Below are positions 35,849 to 49,010 of a stretch of DNA of 64,000 nucleotides, in pieces. The DNA is from Paraspadella gotoi (taxonomy: Eukaryota > Animalia > Chaetognatha): NCBI GenBank assembly GCA_051294375.1, contig CM119266.1, positions 22,792,638 through 22,856,637 on the forward strand, in the 5' to 3' direction. Numbering within the stretch: the stretch's first letter is position 1; every line of letters begins with the position of its first letter. The notes under the pieces were generated by a model. The model did not search any database. It saw only the letters and a list, made by a program, of their open reading frames with translations, and had not been told where the DNA came from. The position numbers and the translations under genes are program-made.

Positions 35849-38800
35849 CAGGCTGAAGGAGGAAGGGAACGATGGGAGTTCGGAGTAACGCCCGCTTTCA
35901 ATCGTTGAGCATTGATATTTCCTGATATAAATTTAAAACCAATAATTTTAAAAATTAAAAAAGAATTATTAAATTTCGTTTCATTCCTCTAGAAAACATT
36001 CTTACCGCGAAACCAAGTATGACTAAATCTTAATAGTTACCAGAAAAATGTTAAAAAAAAAAAATCAACAGGTATTTTTTGCTTGTTTCAATCCAATAAA
36101 ATATCGCGTGTTAAATGATTTTGGATCAGGGAACCAGCGAGAAGGGTATGCTTACGCTTTCTCAACGAAATCGAAACAGAGAAAAGGGCACGAACGTAAC
36201 ACCAGGGGCACGCAAATAAGAAACCAAAACGCTAATAATGCCAAAATGTTTCGAAACTGATTCGAACTGAGTACTACTGAGGAGCTGCGATGTAAACACT
36301 AAACTTAATACATGATACAGTTAATTATACATATTACACGGTCGAGGGTTCTTACTGAGGTCCAGCTCTTTTGGGACTAACTTTCTCAAGAAAGATGGTC
36401 GATAATGACAACTCAAAATCGGTAACGATTAGANNNNNNNNNNNNNNNNNNNNNNNNNACGTTAGTAGTGTCGTCAAGGAGTATATATATTCGGATATTC
36501 CCTCAAGAAATTGGTAGCAACCAATATGAAACTATTTAATTACATTTTGATTCAATGGATGTAAAATTTTTTTCCGCGAGCTTTTCTCATATATTATTTT
36601 CTCTTTCTTTCTTACTTTCTGTTTCTTTTCTTTCTTTTCTTTCTTTCTTTCTTTCCTTTCTTTTTCTTTCTTTCTTTTCCTTGTCTTTCTTTCTATTATT
36701 TTCTCTTTCTTTTCTTAGTGCTCAATTCCTCTCATTCTTCAGACGATCTGTGACTCTCCCCGACGACCTCCTCCTCCTCCTCCTTCCTCCTCTTCCTCCT
36801 CCTCTTCTCCTCTTACAAACATTTTTAGCAAAACAATAACAATCTCTCCCCTCCCGTTACCTGCTTTCCTGACCGAAATGACAAGGGACACACCGGTTCT
36901 TTCCCTCATCTTCCGTCTTTCTCATGGTCCTTTATCCCCATTTGTTCTGCCTTCAGAAAAAAAACATTTTTAATAAAATTCTGGACAATATTTGTTGCCT
37001 AAGCTAATAGTTTATTGGTCCTGGAAGCTCTCACGCACTCCAAGTTTCAATTTTAGAACTGTCTTAAAACTCTTCTTCTTAATGAATTCATCGAACCAAT
37101 GTACAATGAAAGATCTTTTCTTTTTAAAATTAACATTCCACCGAGCTATACTAAAATTTACCAGCGCAAGCTGTCCTCCAACTGTCCGTCGATATAATAT
37201 TTTGGTCGTTGTTTTCTTACGTATTATTCGCTTTCGGGCCATTATTATTTTCCAATAATAATTGCTAAAAGCTACTCATAGTGATAACTAAAACTAATTA
37301 GCATATGTGTAGCCTATAATCGTTGTTTTATATTCTCTTATATATACAGCCAGATACTACCTAACTAGAACTCCAACAGTCAAAACATACTGTGAAAAGC
37401 TAACCCAAACCCAAACCACACGTAACACACCCACCCCAAATAAGATCGATCAACGTCTCACCTTCAGCACTTATCAACTTTCTATGTACCTCTATGATCG
37501 ATCCGACTCAACGCTCAGCACTTACCGCTCTCACACCACCACCACCCTCTTCGGTCGCGGACTCCGATCCACCGAGTGGCCAGACGTTAGAGACTTCGTT
37601 CTGACCCAGCGATCGCTCAGAAGAGTTTCTCGCCAACATTCGTCATCCTCTTCCGTCGTTCTCTCTCCCCTCCCCCTCTCCTTCCTTCCCTCTTCTCCTC
37701 CTTCTCCTCCCCCCCCCTCCGTTTTCCCGCCAAATTCCCTTCGACTTCGTGTGAGTTTCGAGACGGGATTTCGATGGAGAGAGGGACGGACATTCGGATA
37801 CTCAGACAATCGGTGAAGGGGTGGTCAAGTGGTGAAGGGCGAAAGAGTGGTTAGTGGGGGAAGAGTAAGAGCCAATCGACTTATTTGGGGGGTGGGAAAT
37901 AAAGTGTAATTTTAGGGATTTTGAGAATAGAATAGTTTTGATAATGTTAGCTTTTCCTTGATATTAATTTTGATAATTTTCTACGGCGAGAGTTTTGGTT
38001 ATTCCGGTACTGTTTTCTTGTGATGCAAAAAAAAAAGGAAAAATGAGAGTAGGATTAAATGTGTGGGCGAGGAAGGAGAGTGCAGAGATGATGATTAGTG
38101 TGAGGGAGTGTCGTCCTTTCATTCAGTTTGTGGAAGCCACTTCAATTGATAGAGAAGCCGGATATTCTTGGGGTTAATAAAAAAAAACTTGTAATCGTAA
38201 GCTATGTTTAGTATCTTTAGTATCTTAGTATAAGATTATATATGATATATAATGATTATCCGGACCATAATTAGATTATGCAGTATGCTATTATTAGCGT
38301 GAAGGAAAGAATATTTTTTGTTAGTTGTACCAATTTTTATTAGACTAATTAATTAATTAGTATGTATTAGCATTATTATTATCAGTATTATTATTAATGA
38401 TTTAATTAGTTACTGGAATGAGGATGAGGAAGATGATGTGGATGAAGGGTGAAACCGAAGACCAAATAATAAAAGCAAGAAGGAATGAACTGAATGAGGC
38501 GATGTGAGGAAGGGAGGGGGGGTTCGAGAGGGGGGGCAGCGGGCGTGGAACGACGTTCGTGACGCGACGCTCATTTCGATGATCAGACGTCGGAGTTTGG
38601 AGTCGGGAAAATAAGGAGGCAAAAAAGAGGCGTGGTCAGGGGGAGCTAGAGTGGGGGAGAGGGCAAGTGGAGCAAAGGGAAAGGCTGAGGAGGATAGGAA
38701 GAATCCTCGCTGGTGGTCGAGAAGAAAAGAGAAAGTCTGAACGAACGGTTGAGGCAATGTCTGAATTCCTCTATAGTACATTATACAATGTATATTATAC

Positions 38801-39217
38801 TTATACATTAAACAGTTAAGAAGGATTACATAAATGGTATTTACAGGGAAATTAGTCGTACCAAGGGAAAAGATTCACGAATTTTTTTGTTTTCAAAATT
38901 TTCGTAATTACGTGTGACTCGTTCCCGCCTTATCTATTGTTTTCGTTGTCGTTCAGGTTTAGTCTAAATGGTTTGTTGTTGTTGCTTTTCATGGGGTTTA
39001 TTTTGTAGCGATATATATTTTATTTTATAAGATAGATCATAAAAATAACCTACTATTCAAACAAATAAACAAGTGAGAAAAAATGAAATCCTTTGCTTTC
39101 AAAAATTTGTAATCAGCTTGATTAGTTCGGACGAACACGATGGAAGAGATTAGCAAAGAAGTGGAGCTGGAGTGGTCAGAAATGAGGAAGTCTGTTCTTA
39201 ATCTCTCTCTCTATCTA

Positions 39218-39304
<87 letters not shown>

Positions 39305-39507
39305 CTTCTGACGTGATTTGAATTCAAGAGGCGTCCCCCATAAACACAAATAGGATGCAAAAGACTTAGCACATTTTAACGCCCGTTACTCGTCTTAGTT
39401 TTTTAAGAGTTGAAGAAAAGATGCGAGAAGGATAGAAATAAAAAAACAGAATAAAAGACAGAAATAAAAAAAGAAAAAAGAGAAAAGAAGAAGAAAAAAA
39501 TAAAGAG

Positions 39508-39586
<79 letters not shown>

Positions 39587-39588
39587 AA

Positions 39589-39648
<60 letters not shown>

Positions 39649-41284
39649 ATGAAAATTAGAATAAAAAAGGGAAATTGCTGGCGCCTGTCGTATGCAGCGC
39701 GAGGCGTCCTTTGTTGCATAAAAGGGCGGGAATTTTCTCGCCAGACAACTTTAAAAAAAAAAAGAGAGAAAAGAAAGAAAAAAAAGGAATAGTGAAAATA
39801 AAGCCCATAAAACATACGGGAGGATAAAAAAAAAGATGGAGAGAGAGTGAGGGAGGGCGAAAGAGAGAGAGAGAGAAAAGGAGAGAGAGAGAGATTAGCA
39901 TAAGATTTCTATGCTAATGAGGCTAATACGGGCGCGTGGACCGAATGAGTTATAATATATTTTTCAGGCGCGAAAGTTTCTCTCGCTCTCCATGCACGCG
40001 ATACACGCGATACGCGCGATACCGGGTCCGGGGAGGCTTCGGCGCGCACGCGCAATGAAAATAACGCGAAAGCGACCTTGGGGGAATTCGTCGTTGTTGT
40101 CGTCGTTGTTGTTGTTGATGTTAAAGTGGCCTCTGGAGAACGCGTCGACTTACGCGAAAAAACGAAAAAGGATTTTAGCATTTTCTTTTTTCTTTCCTTC
40201 TGCGGATTTTTTTATTCTTATCTTTTTAGCGAAACATCTTTGGACGAATCGTTTTTTTAGAGCTTTTATGGAGTTTGAATACGATCATGTTTATATAATA
40301 AAAAAGACATACAATATAAAGCGAAGTCTTGATTTTATTCTCCACCGCTTCACGAGGTTTTTTTTTCTTTTCTCTTTTTTTCCTTTTTTTTTATATCTCG
40401 CAGTTGTGAGACTTGCGTGATTCTTTGATATGGGATGAAAAAACCCATAAATCATTCCATGTGAAGTTTCACAGAAAAAGAAAAGAGAAAAAGGGGGAGC
40501 TCTCTTTGCAGGAGCAGAGAGAGAGAGAGACGAAGGCAAGAGGACGAAGCAGTGAGGACCACCATACACAGACGAGAAGAGAGAGAGAAAAGAAAGAGAG
40601 AGAGAGAGAGGATAAGATCTAGAAAAAAAAGGTCGGAATGGGAATGAAACTGCGAATGGAACCACTGCAACCAGGCAACGAGGACGGTAACAAATCGCCT
40701 TTTCAATTTATTTGTTTTCCTGTTTTTCCTTTTGTTTTTATTTCTTATGAAGATTGAATGATGGTTAAGAGAGAAGATATAACTTTGTTTCTACCTAAGT
40801 AAGCGTCACAACAAAACTGGGTAACGAATGCTATCAAGAATTTTTTTAAATTAAATGTATGATTAGTTTATCTACCAAAATTATTGTCATTTTAACCAAA
40901 TTTTAAATAATCCCTTTTATTTGTTCATTTATTTTATTTAAAAACTAATTCGTTCATTGCTTCCTTCATCGGTTCATCAATCATAATATAATAGGATATA
41001 GCAAATAATAATATAATATATATAATAATACAATATAATAGAGACATAGAATATTGGGATATATATATATACTGAAAAAGAGAAAACGAAATGAAAGAGA
41101 AGGACGAAAAAGATACGAAAGAAAAAGAAAGAAAGTCAGAGAGAGAGAGAGAGAGAAATCCTCTACTTCTTCAGCAATTAAATCGACATCAAGATTCAAG
41201 ACTCGTTCCTTGGAGAAAGAGGCATGAGTTTATCAAAGTCAAAATAACCTGACGGGCATCTGTGCCCCGGACCAGTCGTGTCCT

Positions 41285-41322
<38 letters not shown>

Positions 41323-42275
41323 TTCGTCCTCGATGTGTGGCCGTTGTGTGTGTGGCGAGATCTCGTGATGGCATAATTCGGAGAACCCGATACCGCGGAG
41401 TCCGATTGTATCGATTCCATCGCGACAAAAGGGTCACATTTGGTGAAGGAGAAAACGTCATCGATATGTCGCTCTCATTTTTTTTTACTTGCAAAAAATA
41501 AAATAGTAATTTTAACTGTAGATCTATAAACTAATTTTGCATCCGTTTACAACATTGCTAATAATATAATTTGGCTATGTCTGTCTATGTTTTCGTTTTT
41601 GTTTGTCTGAATATATGATTTTAAATCGGATCGATGTAGTAATAGTAAGACTTTCAGGTTTAGAAAACTAGAGATACTGAATATAATCTGAAGTTTAAAT
41701 TCCTTAAGTATATGTCGAAGTTTATGTCTTTTGACATTAGTCTATGAAGTGGTTTACTGGGAGGTTGCTTCGCTTATGTTTCGACTTTGAAACGACGTAG
41801 TTTTAAATATCTTTCGTCTCCTCGAGATAATCTTGTTCTTTAATCGAAATTTGATTTTTGAAGAACTCGATCTTCCATTTCACAAAATTCACTAATCTTT
41901 TTTGAAGAGTTTTGGTTCATATAACGTGTCCCAATGGTGGTGATACTTTTAAAATTTACTCAATTAATTTTAAAAAAATTGAACAAAAACTTTTTAGCTC
42001 AGTTCAATTTTTAAAATTAAAAAATCCTATAAAATCGGTCAATTTAATAACAATGAACGAATGAAATATTTTATTATGGCGATGTGATTTTAAATTGTGT
42101 TGTTTTCATCTGTCTGGTCGATCGAATTCAGTCATCAAAGAAAAAAATGGACGAATAAAAAAATAAAAATAAAACGGACAGTCGGACAAATGAACGAACT
42201 CGCTCTGAGAGACAGACTAAAGCATGAGACAAAAATGTTTGAAAGAAAGAAAGAAAGAAAGACAGTAAGTAAGTG

Positions 42276-42357
<82 letters not shown>

Positions 42358-43012
42358 CTAAAAAAGAGATAGAAGGATAGAAAGAAAGAGAGAAAGAAAG
42401 ATAAAAAAGTGATAGAAGGATAGAAAGAGAGGGAGAAAGAAAGATAAAAAAGAGATAGAAGGATAGAAAGAGAGAAAGAGAGAAAGGAAGAGAGAGTTTT
42501 TCGTTTTTCCCTTTCGTCGAGGACGCGGTTGTTCCTGGCTTTCGGCTCATTAATCATCCCTCGACTTTTGACAGAAGAAGAAAATCGATCGAGTTGAAAA
42601 AAGAAAGAAAAAAAAAAGAAAGAAAACAGAAAAACTAAGAAGCAACAGAAAAACGTTTTAAAAATTTACAGAAAATTATTATAGAAATTTAGATTGCGAA
42701 ACACGGGCTTGTTATGTAAAGAATTGATTGATTTGAAAACGGATTGATTGACAGACTATTTTTTTAAAAAAAATAATATTTTGCGGTCTTTGAATAGTTA
42801 GCCTGTTTTACTCGTTGTTAAACTTGTTCCGAAAGTTTACAATTTTTCTCATAAGCTTGATTAAGAACAGCGACATTATGTTTGAAACTAAACTAATCAA
42901 TACTGACGTTCTTGTTCAAAATCAACCCCAAAAATTTATTTCGTTAGTAACTACGATGAGGCTGTGGATGATGATGCTCAGGACGATTGCGTACATGACA
43001 ATGATGATAAAT

Positions 43013-43063
<51 letters not shown>

Positions 43064-43290
43064 GGTCGGTTCGTCTGTTCCGTGTGTGTGTGTGTTACAG
43101 TCTGTCTGCCACAAGAGAGAAGACCGGCGAAAATGTGTTGCCTCAAAGGAGAGAGAACAACTTTCGCGATGAGAAGAATCGAAATCAACAAAAAAAAAGA
43201 AAATTCGCTGCAAATTTTCGAATCTTTATTTATTTTCGTTTTGCTAAAAAAAAAGTAAATAAATAAATAAAAGTCAAAGTCTCACCTCGC

Positions 43291-43482
43291 ATAATTTTCA
43301 AAGGCGCAAGATCTGCTTACTTATAAATTGGTAAGCTTTATTTAAAAATTAGTCATTATTTTCGAAAGCACAATATCTGCTTAATTATAAATTGGTAAAC
43401 TTTATGTAAAAATTAGTCATTATTTTCAAAGGCACAATATCTGCTTACTTATAAATTGGTAAACTTTACTTAAAAATTAATC
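43291..43482 (+). repeat. Minisatellite, 3 x 64 bp
   Basis: Units start at 43291, 43355 and 43419 (consensus about ATTATTTTCAAAGGCACAATATCTGCTTACTTATAAATTGGTAAACTTTA.TTAAAAATTAGTC). They differ by substitutions, not indels. Confidence 0.95.
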
Positions 43483-44109
43483 GTTCTTTTTCTCGGCAAA
43501 AAACGAAAAGGAAAGTTTTTTCAACAGTTTACGGGTAATCGATTTCTTTTTTTTTTCACACGTAATTTAACGGACTGGTTGTAATTTAACAACTGTGTAC
43601 AACCCAGCTATAATTTAAAATAAAATATTAAACGTTCTAGATTCTGAAATTTAAAAAAAAAAATAAACTCGCAGCGCCAACGAAAAAAAAATATATATTT
43701 CCACCGTCCTGCACTGTCATCATATCCGCAGCTGTTATGAGCTGCTGTTGCTTCCGCCCAAATATGCAGCTGCTACATCCGCTGCAGCCGCTCCTCCGCC
43801 GCTGCCGTCTCTAACTTGGAAGTCGGAATCACAATGAGTGTGCCACGTCCTTTTAAGGAACAAGACCGAATCGCCCTCTACGGAAAGACGAATAATCTGT
43901 TAAACATCATAAAAAATAAAAGAACATCGAAATTCCCAAATACCTCAAGATGAATGCAAACTTAAGGTTTTTACGATTATTTCTTTTAATATAATTTGAA
44001 AAATTAGTCACATAGTCATAATACTTTGTGAATTCAAAAAAAATTATTTATAAAATAATTAATAATAATTAACGGTTTTTTCGTTTAATTTTTTTAGTAG
44101 TAAATTGAC

Positions 44110-44225
<116 letters not shown>

Positions 44226-44451
44226 TCCATTTCGCGCGCTATCGTTGTCGTCGCAACCACGTCCGAAAAATCGCGCGCGTTCATCAGGTGACGTCGCTCG
44301 CGCGTATCGCTGAAATTCGAGTGACGCTCGTGACGAGAAAAATTGTGATGTGACAATTTGAAGACTCGATTGCAAAGGATCGACGGATCGACGGATCGAC
44401 GAAAAGAAGAGAGAGAGAGAGAAAAGTAAAATCGGCCATGCGGGTTAAAGG

Positions 44452-44536
44452 CGTGCCAAATTGACCCTGTAGATCCGAGTGTGTGTCACGTTTTAATACA
44501 ATCACAGGCTCAGATTTACCGGTTGTATAGTGTACG
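44452..44536 (+). ncRNA. mir-10: mir-10-family microRNA precursor hairpin; predicted 5p arm 44464-44485
   Basis: ACCCTGTAGATCCGAGTGTGTG matches canonical miR-10 (ACCCUGUAGAUCCGAAUUUGUG) at 20 of 22 positions, including the first 15. It pairs with CACAGGCTCAGATTTACCGGTT (44503-44524) across a 17-nt loop, with about 18 pairs. A lower stem CGTGC/GTACG (44452-44456/44532-44536) is also present. Confidence 0.88.
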
Positions 44537-45597
44537 GCCATATCGTCAAACCCCCGAGCTTATTGGACATAGCGAAATACCAGATTGTGAACTTTTAATC
44601 AATGAGAGAAAATTAGTATTACGAGAAAAAGTTAATAAAGAATTTGTAATCTTGTAATAAGGCTAATTTGGAGATTATACTATTAAAATTTTGTATTCCG
44701 AACTTTGTTCATTTGTTTGTTTTTCTTTCATTCATGCTAGTTTTAGCTCGATTGCCACCGTTGGATCGAGGCGCTGCATGTGTTGAGAGGCCTTCAAAAG
44801 TTCATTGAAAACAAAAGACCTTCAACATTTTTAAAGGGAATTTATGGAGTTATGGTAAGTAATAGTAAGGAAGTTATGGTAAGGAAGTATTGAGAAATTA
44901 ATAAAAAAAATATTTAAAAACGGAAGCAAACGAAAAAAAAACCCGGAGTGAAAAAGTCGGAAAAATTATAAACTCAATAGGTTATTTATTATGATTTACG
45001 CTAAATTATACTTTTAAATTTTGTCCTCGAGCTCAAGTTAAAAATTTTAAATTGTAATTAGCTTAATTAAAATTAAACATTTTTTCAAATAAGAATTGTT
45101 TTTCTCTTGTAATTTTTTCTTTTTAACCTTTAATTTATAACTCGACGCAATGAACATCGAAACCTCTTCTGCACTCGTACAAAAAACTAAATACCCTACA
45201 AAACACTCTTTTCGAAAACACCCCCTTTCGCCAGGGAAATTAATCAACGTCGTTGCAACAAGATCTCGACTCTCAAACTTTGCCCTTCGCCAGTTATTTT
45301 TTCTCTCGAAAACCAAACATTCCTCCATGCAACCCCCACTCCTCCCAGCTTTCGCCACGCCTCCCTCCGTCCTCTCCCCCATCCGCCGCGGCAGCAACTC
45401 CATCGACAGCGGGGGCAGCTTCCGCTCCGCCGCTCCGCGTGGCTTTTGAAACGGTCTTTGAGTTTGCCGCTTCGGGCTGGTATTTATCTTAAAAAGAGCT
45501 CATTTGTTATAAAATCATACGCTGGAGTCGAACCCGGTTGACGTCTGCCTGGTGAGAAGAGCGAAGGGCGGTGGGGGCGTTGAGAGAGAAGAGGGAG

Positions 45598-45671
<74 letters not shown>

Positions 45672-46461
45672 GAGAGAGAGAGAGAGAGAGAGAGAGAAAC
45701 ATCGTTAATCATCGCCATCTGCCGTGAATTCGTGTTTGATTAGAATCCCATTCCCGGACGAAATATTTTTGTTGTTGAAAAAAAGTTTACATCCGCGTGA
45801 GGAAGGAGATATTCAGGGGCTTCGTTAGTTTGTTCACTGCTTTTTATTCAGAGAAAGTGAATGGGGTTCAATCGGAATCGATGTGACTTTTATGAAGTCG
45901 TTAAGTTTCTCTTTCTTTATCTGAAAATCGAAATTTGCATGCCCTACAATTTTGTGTACAATCTTTTCTCATCATAACTGTCGCTTAGTCGGGACAGTCA
46001 ACGCTGTAATATGGATTTATAAGAATAAATATTGTAAATAATAATAGCGTAAATATCAGCTTTGTCTGTATTTGATGATCTCTCGACTTCAGTTGGTCAT
46101 GAAAAACAACTAGCAAAACCGACACTGAAGGGTCACGGGTCAAGGATACTTTGTTATCCATTTTGAGCAGGCATTTTGATTGCGATAAGTTTTTCTCGAA
46201 TTCTCGGGACTTGATCCCAGGGCGCTAGACTCACCCCGCACCCATGTAAGTAAGAACGTCTCGCGGCAGCTTTTCTTTCCAAGGTCAATCTGTACTAAAA
46301 ATAGAAATACTTATTCGTCTCCTCGATCTCCCCCTTTTCCCTTAGGCCTCGCGCCTCCCTCTCTAAGCTCCGCCCCTCGTCCGTTCTCGCCCTCTCTCAT
46401 ACCTACACCTGTCCCTTGTCGATCGGGGTTGTACCGGGATGATGCATCGATTCCTCTGTAG

Positions 46462-46494
<33 letters not shown>

Positions 46495-47796
46495 AGCCCG
46501 ACGCCGGGGTTATTTCGAAGAATAAAAATGAGTTCACCAGCGAAAAAGATTTTTATTTTTTGATTTTTTTTTAGACTTAAAAATTGTTTATGCTTTTTTT
46601 TTTTTTTTTTTTCCTTTTTTTTTCTCGTTAAGTCTCTCGGTCGGTCATTCGGAGGCCCACCGGGGCATTTGTTTTCAATTCGTTTGACGCGCATGAGGTT
46701 TTCGGATGATGAACTAGCTTCGACATTTTAGAAGGCCCCTTTGAGCGTCTCCTTTAGAGACTCTTTTATGTTTTACGGTAGATGTTTTACGGAATTTTTT
46801 ACTAATCAGAAATCAATAATAATTAATGAATTAATTAAATTCTCGATGAGCAAAAAATACTAAATAGCCTTCTTTGGCAGCCGTGTTGGGTCTCCGGGAT
46901 ATGCGTCGCCATATTTCTTTCATTCAAATGTCAAAAACGACCGAATAATCAATTAATACTTGCCTCATTGGTTTTTTTTACTTCCTTTTTTCGACGAAGA
47001 CTCAAGTCTAAAGTCAACAAACGCTGAATAAACGAGCGTCAAAATCAGGACTATTTTTTTTTAATCAGATCAACTCGATTTATTTCCAAAGCGCAATCCA
47101 GAGCGCAATCAACGCTCTATCTTTTGGGGTGACGGCAGATCCCAAAGTTTTGTGCGATTTTTCACTTTGTAAATCAGGCGAGCGTTTGGGAAATACGTAA
47201 TTACGTGTGGAGGGCCGTTTGAAAATGGGAACCTGCTCTATCGTCGTACCATTAATTTCGATTTTTACAATCGGTGCATCGAGGCGATGTTTTGTTTTGT
47301 TTTTCTTACATTTTTAATATATATTTTTTTCTCTCCTCAAAAACTCTCGATCTTACATTCCGCCGCTCCTCTTCCTCCCCTCGCTTCTCCATCCTTTCAC
47401 TCATCCTCCTCATCTTCCTCCCCTTATCATCTTCCCCTTCTTTTCCTCGTCCGTTCGTCAGAAATTTTTTTTTTTTTTTGATTAATTTATTTTCCCCGCA
47501 ATTAAAAAAAAACAAATAAAAAGAAACCGCGAATTGCTAATGCGGATGGGTTTATCGTTCGTGAAACAAGATTAATAAAGCTGGCTAGTTCGCGTTAATT
47601 GAGTTATTTTTGTTTTTGTTTATCATTGTTATTATTATCAATGTAAAACGTCGAGGGCGCTCTTTCTTTAATGCCTAAACACTATGAAAATACTGTATTA
47701 CTTTCGTTTCAAAATCAGAAAATCCGAAATTCTAATTTAAACAAATATTAAGTATTGGAGTCTGTCTTTACAGTTCATTAACCTCTCCGGTAGAAG

Positions 47797-49010
47797 GTCG
47801 TAAATACTCTCGAGATGAAGCCCGACTCGCCCGGACTGTCAAATCCCGTGTTTCTTTAATGAGACGGAGTAAAGATGGGCGGGGGACACTTCCAGGGCTT
47901 AGAGAGAGACTCGTAAATATCCCGATGATGGCCGCAAGGTGGAAACATGGAGGAGTCTAATCCACGGACTGTTTTAATGCCGAGTGTGTGATCTTTTTTC
48001 TCTCTCCCACGGACGCCGTCATTTACTGGTTTGTTTGTTTTTTTAAATTACAATAAAAAAGGTAAAGTTGGGCAACGACGGATCGAAGAGAAGTAAATAT
48101 ATTCCCAACGACCGTGAAATTGACAGCGTCAAAATCCAAGAGTTTTTTTTCAAGCGGCTGATGCCTCTTACGAACTTCAGCGTTGATATCAATTTCGTCC
48201 GAAGATTTACGGGCGTCATCTTCTTCGTCGTCGTCGTCGACGTCGTCGTCGTCGTCAGCGAACGTCATCATTCCCGTCATCGTCCAGGCGTCGAAAGGCG
48301 GAGGTCATAAATTCGCGTCGGTTTTTGAGTCGATAATTTATGGACGCCTCCCGATTTAATTGGGATGTTTTCGAGACATAAGCAGTTGGGGCGGCGTTGT
48401 TTTTCTATCGAGATTCGTAATTTATGATTTTTTTTTATTTACGAATCAAAACTTTTTTTTTATTAGGTTGTTTTTGTAGTATCGATTTTAAACGCTGTTA
48501 ATTGATGTAATAAAGTCCTTTACTACACAATATACATATGAAACAAACAAGAAAAAAAATATTATTATATCTTTACGAAGTTATCCGACAGTTATCAGAG
48601 ATTTAAAATTTTAAATTAAACATGTTCACCATCCCGGGTCAAAAGAGAAATAGCTCATAAATAAAACCTTTAAAAATCATTAACAACAATTAAATTTGGG
48701 GCAGTCGATTAAATTCTACTAATGCGTTACACTCCCAAGTATAATACGCGACGTCATCCCCGCCCGCTAAGAGTAATTTACGGCCGAGGCTCTTTCCACC
48801 GGCTCGGCGCGGCCCGGCCCGGCCCCGTCTTCAAATTTATAGCGTCTTCTTTCCAAATTGGCTTCGATACTTTCGTCGCTTAAACTGATTTAAAGACGCG
48901 TCCAGTTTTTTTTTCTTTTTCCACCGCAATTTACGACTTTTCGTTCAAATTTCGTCGTCGTCTTCGTCGTCGTCGTCTTTATCGTCGTCAATTGAGACAA
49001 AGATTTACGA
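47797..49010. promoter_or_regulatory. Putative enhancer: homotypic cluster of Cdx/Abd-B-class homeodomain motifs
   Basis: TTTA(C/T)G(A/G) or its complement occurs at 47797, 47911, 48206, 48304, 48337, 48421, 48438, 48572, 48655, 48777, 48930 and 49004. The function is inferred from motif density only. Confidence 0.45.

Noticed and set aside
43291-43482. Regularly spaced repeats as a possible CRISPR array
   Set aside because: The units are contiguous with no unique spacers, the context is eukaryotic, and there are no cas genes.
43696-43897. GC-rich exon-like segment on the minus strand (GSGGGAAAADVAAA)
   Set aside because: The reading frames are short, the donor is weak, and I recognise no homology. 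It may be a non-coding exon but cannot be supported.
44521-44531. GGTTGTATAGT, identical to nucleotides 11-21 of let-7
   Set aside because: The let-7 seed half (TGAGGTAGTA) is absent and the match overlaps the mir-10 3p arm and lower stem. I treat it as chance. I saw no let-7/mir-125 cluster.
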